A DNA stretch of 39,491 bases, from assembly GCF_001186125.1 (NCBI RefSeq), contig NW_014039966.1, forward strand, positions 18,205 through 57,695, written 5' to 3'. A model generated the notes under the pieces. The model was not told where the DNA came from. It saw only the letters and a program-made list of their open reading frames with translations, and searched no databases. This stretch comes from Sphaeroforma arctica JP610. Lineage: Eukaryota. A program made the translations under genes and the position numbers. Below, one piece after another: positions 35,881 through 39,491 of the stretch. Position 1 is the stretch's first letter, and the number at the start of each line of letters is the position of its first letter.

Positions 35881-36934
35881 ACACTCGATTTTTGTCTCTT
35901 TTAAAAAGCGGAGTTGTCTATATCAAATACGTTTAAAGGACCAATCTGTGCGATATAGCTTCGTTTTAATTCAACAAGCTATCCTCACGACTTTGTGTTC
36001 CTATTAGAGCATCCGAATGCGATACATCGAACGTCTTTAAAGGACCAATCTATGTGTTAAACTTTGTGTGTATTCAACAATTACCATCGACGTCGCGTCC
36101 GCACTAGAGCTTCCGAACAGCAGAAAACTTCGGATGTAATTGCTTCTACTAAGTCATAATAGTACACGGCCGCTCTAAACTTGTCATCGTAATTCTTCGT
36201 AAGAAACATGGCACGGATTCGTCTTCCACATTAGCCGCCAGCCACTGTTGTAGTGCGCTTCCATTCTTCTCAGCATCCTGAACCAAAAATGGAAATCGAA
36301 ATTGGTGTGGTATTCTTTCTCACTTCATACTTCAGTGAGTGTCATGAGATTTTGCTGTCGATCTAAGGCTCAGCGATACGGGAATGACAGATGTAATCTG
36401 GAACGATAACTGAAACAGATAATCATTCTAATAAACAGAAAGCAGCGCACTCGGTGTATCGGACATGTGCTGTATATATGAATTTGAATGAAGCAGTCTC
36501 TTATCAGAAATGATCTAAGCATGAACATCCTTTAGTTTTACTGGTGTTGGTCTTCGAATCGTAAACACTGTAAGTAAGCCAAAACGAGACATCCCGTATA
36601 CTCAGTTGTTCAAAACTTCGCCCCATTTGAGTAGGCGTGCAATATATATATATTTATATATATAAAGCCATTCTCCACGACACCCCAATTCAAATATTAG
36701 AATACAATGTATACCGGTGATGGGGTTATTTGCTATTTTATATTTTATTCAGAGCACTCTGATTCCAACCTTATCCCTTTCCTAAAAACACCAATACAAT
36801 TGCCGGTGCAGTACATACCGTATGTGAGCCTGAGTACCCCGGTCGTTTAATCAGAACACCTACACAGCCCACCCAAATCCCAACTGAACCTCTCATTCTA
36901 AACACATCAATGTATTTGCTAGCACAATACATAC

Positions 36935-37285
36935 CGGTTGTGGGTTATCACTCTGACAATCGCAACAGAGTATGTGCAACGACCACCCCAACCCCCAACC
37001 GAATACCTCTCCAAACACGAGCCAATGCAGTAGTTAGTATATTACATACCGGTAGTGTACTATCCCCCCGGTAATCGTAGCAGTAGACCCACTGTTTGTC
37101 TGCGAGCGCACTGGGCTTGTGCATCAACGCGTATGATGTGAATAGGTCAAGGAATTGCTCGCTAGACAGAGCACGGCCTGATTGTGTGAAATCGGTGGAC
37201 ATAGTGACGTATCGCGTACCAACTACGGGTTTTGTTATAGCCGCCGAGTAGGATGCCAAGTATTCCCCTCCATCCACGCCACCAT
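36935..37285 (-). CDS. Putative internal exon(s) of an unidentified gene
   Basis: Open, protein-like 236-nt segment 37050-37285 bounded by ctctccAG and GTatgt, next to a microsatellite-rich intron like those in SPB1. Candidate 18-nt exon at 36935-36952. No start codon or family identified. Confidence 0.4.
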
Positions 37286-38249
37286 CTGGAGAGGTACAAG
37301 TGTATATATAGATATATATATAATGCATACATACATACACACACACACATATATGTATATATATGAGTGAGAGTGCGTAGGAACGTGTTAAGTATGCATA
37401 TACACGTATATGTGTAAAACATTGTACAGAGATGTGTGTACTAACGTCTGCAAAGAAAAATCGATCCGTAAGAATCCGTGAATTCTTTAAATAATTAAAG
37501 TTTTAAAGCTTCAATAAGGCCTCTTTTTTTAAGGAACGTTATATCGTATAGTCGGTTGTACAAACACTTCATGCTATGTCACTGGCGAATTGAACTGGGC
37601 GTGCTTCTAGGTTAGCATGATGTACATCAACGTTTCTGTATGTGAGCGCTATCTCGATATCTGATAATGCGGATCCGGTTGACGCCGCCCCATATTATGC
37701 TACTCGTTATATTGAACGACATTGCTGCATTTATATGCTTGTATGGATATGTGCACGTGGGTATTTATGCACGCTTGCACTATGTGCGTTCTCTTGGACA
37801 ATTGCACTCATAATTGTCATCTAAACAGCCCACTCTCTGTTTCAGTCTTATAACTTTTGCAGAGGTGTGTGTTTAAGTCTGCTTGTACGGACGGATGTGT
37901 ACATGTAGGTATGAAACTCTGGATGTGTGCGCATTGATATGAATCTCTGGGAGTTAGGACATTTCAGTACTGAAAACAACAAAATGCTGTAGTAAAGTTT
38001 CATGTTTCCATGTATATAATCATATGACTACGATTACATATTGGCCTAGAAATGCGTATGCATGTATATGAATGTGGCAATTGTACTACAAGTGTGCCAG
38101 CAGGCATGCGCGTCAGCAACTGCTTACATATGATTCCACTGCACGGTACGTTGTATCAGGTTCGATATGTTCGCACGAGCGAGCCGCAGAAACGGAAGGC
38201 TGAATAGGGCACAATGCCTTAGTGAGAAATCATATAGCAGAAAGCATTA

Positions 38250-39491
38250 GATCACCATTGTTTCCACTCAGGATAGACCGATAGGCTGGTTGGGTTGTTA
38301 CAGTAGCCGCCTCAGGTTGCATTGCAGGACCTGAAGAGGACTTTGAAAACCCTTCGGAATGGCTAGGTGGACTGTTAGCGTCCTGTAGTGAAACTGTGTT
38401 CGACTTCAGCCGTGTACCAACGGATCATTTGTTCGTCACTTCTAGACTACCACCATACCAATCAGCAAAGCACACTATTACCACACCTGTACTTCAATAG
38501 TCGCGACTATGAACACCTGTATAAAAATTCATGCCCAGAGACACTCTTATACATATATCTACCCAAAAAAATCTACCTAAAATTGTACATATACACCCGA
38601 AGAGGAACAGCGCACCAATCGGTACACAGGGGTTATACATACCCGGCCGGATTTCCGCTATAAACTTGACGTTTTCTCCTAAATTTTCGAGGTACAGCAA
38701 TGACTCGAGGCACATTTGGTACGGGATCCAATCGAGCATAAGCAGATGCCTCCCCGTTACTTGTGATGCTGGGACATCGTCAGGCGTATTGGTGAGCAGA
38801 GCATGTAATGCATGTGCATCCACATGTCGGTACCGGTCCATAGGTCTGCAAAAGGTTCGAGAGATGGATGTACTTTTAAATTCGAAGCATGTAGTGTACT
38901 ATCGATGATAGCAATTCTGTCAAAAACACACACGAACAAGCGAAGATGCGTCGAATGCTATGCAAAACGTACCATAGAATACCGAACGCACGCACTACTC
39001 TTGGTATAAACGATTTGTGGCACATATGAGCACACAGAAACCATCCCACAATCGTACCGGTCAGCTGTAGCCCGCTCAAGTGCCGTGAAGAAACTCTGAG
39101 GTTCCGATTTGTACAAACTTACAGTTTGCTGCCTAGCCGTGACATACGCACGATCTCTATTCATCATATTCTCAGCCTTGAAAGGAATTTTAGTTGTGTT
39201 AACAACCGAGCATACGATGTATTCATCTTTGCCCAGTATCGCTGCCTGTTCGTCAGACACCTTCTTCAGTATATTGGAAAGCCCCTGTCCCCGGTATGCT
39301 AGAGCAGCAAGGTGTATTAAAGGATGAGTAGCACGAAAAGCATAAAGTGAGAAAACACAGAAATACATTCATGGTAGTTGAACGAATAAAGTCAGTGCAG
39401 TCAAACTGCGTACTAGGCAATACTTCTCAAACAGAACAGGGTATTCAATCAGATACACAACCAGTCGACAAAATCCCATTCGAGGATATAT
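38250..39491 (-). pseudogene. Disrupted coding-like region, possibly a GT-A glycosyltransferase (GT92/GT2-like) remnant
   Basis: The frame entering from the window end reads IYPRMGFCRLVVY...(stop)...RGQGLSN...AAILGKDEYIV, loosely like YH..LGF....Y and DxDEYI of GT92-like proteins. Downstream pieces lie in other frames. Confidence 0.25.

Overview
Eukaryotic genomic DNA with long GT-AG introns rich in (TA)n/(TG)n microsatellites. The style suggests a unicellular opisthokont such as an ichthyosporean, but that is a guess. The left third holds a complete 12-exon SPB1/FTSJ3 rRNA 2'-O-methyltransferase gene (898..10257, +; my manual splice model gives 855 aa) and a convergent, intronless, secreted PL14-type polysaccharide (alginate) lyase (11186..12136, -). 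From ~14 kb to ~36 kb lies a nested transposon cluster: a MITE, a non-autonomous CACTA element, two decayed back-to-back Ty1/Copia elements, a Sola3-like transposase fragment inside the first Copia, a third Copia gag remnant, and a full-length Ty3/Gypsy element (24487..31792, -) inserted into the second Copia. The most notable observation is in the Gypsy pol frame. Between RNase H and the DDE integrase it carries an N6-adenine DNA methyltransferase-like domain (IDMFA...DAF...WANPP) of the kind normally found in DIRS-type tyrosine-recombinase retroelements, and it ends in a possible divergent chromodomain. The right end holds weakly supported minus-strand exon and pseudogene fragments.
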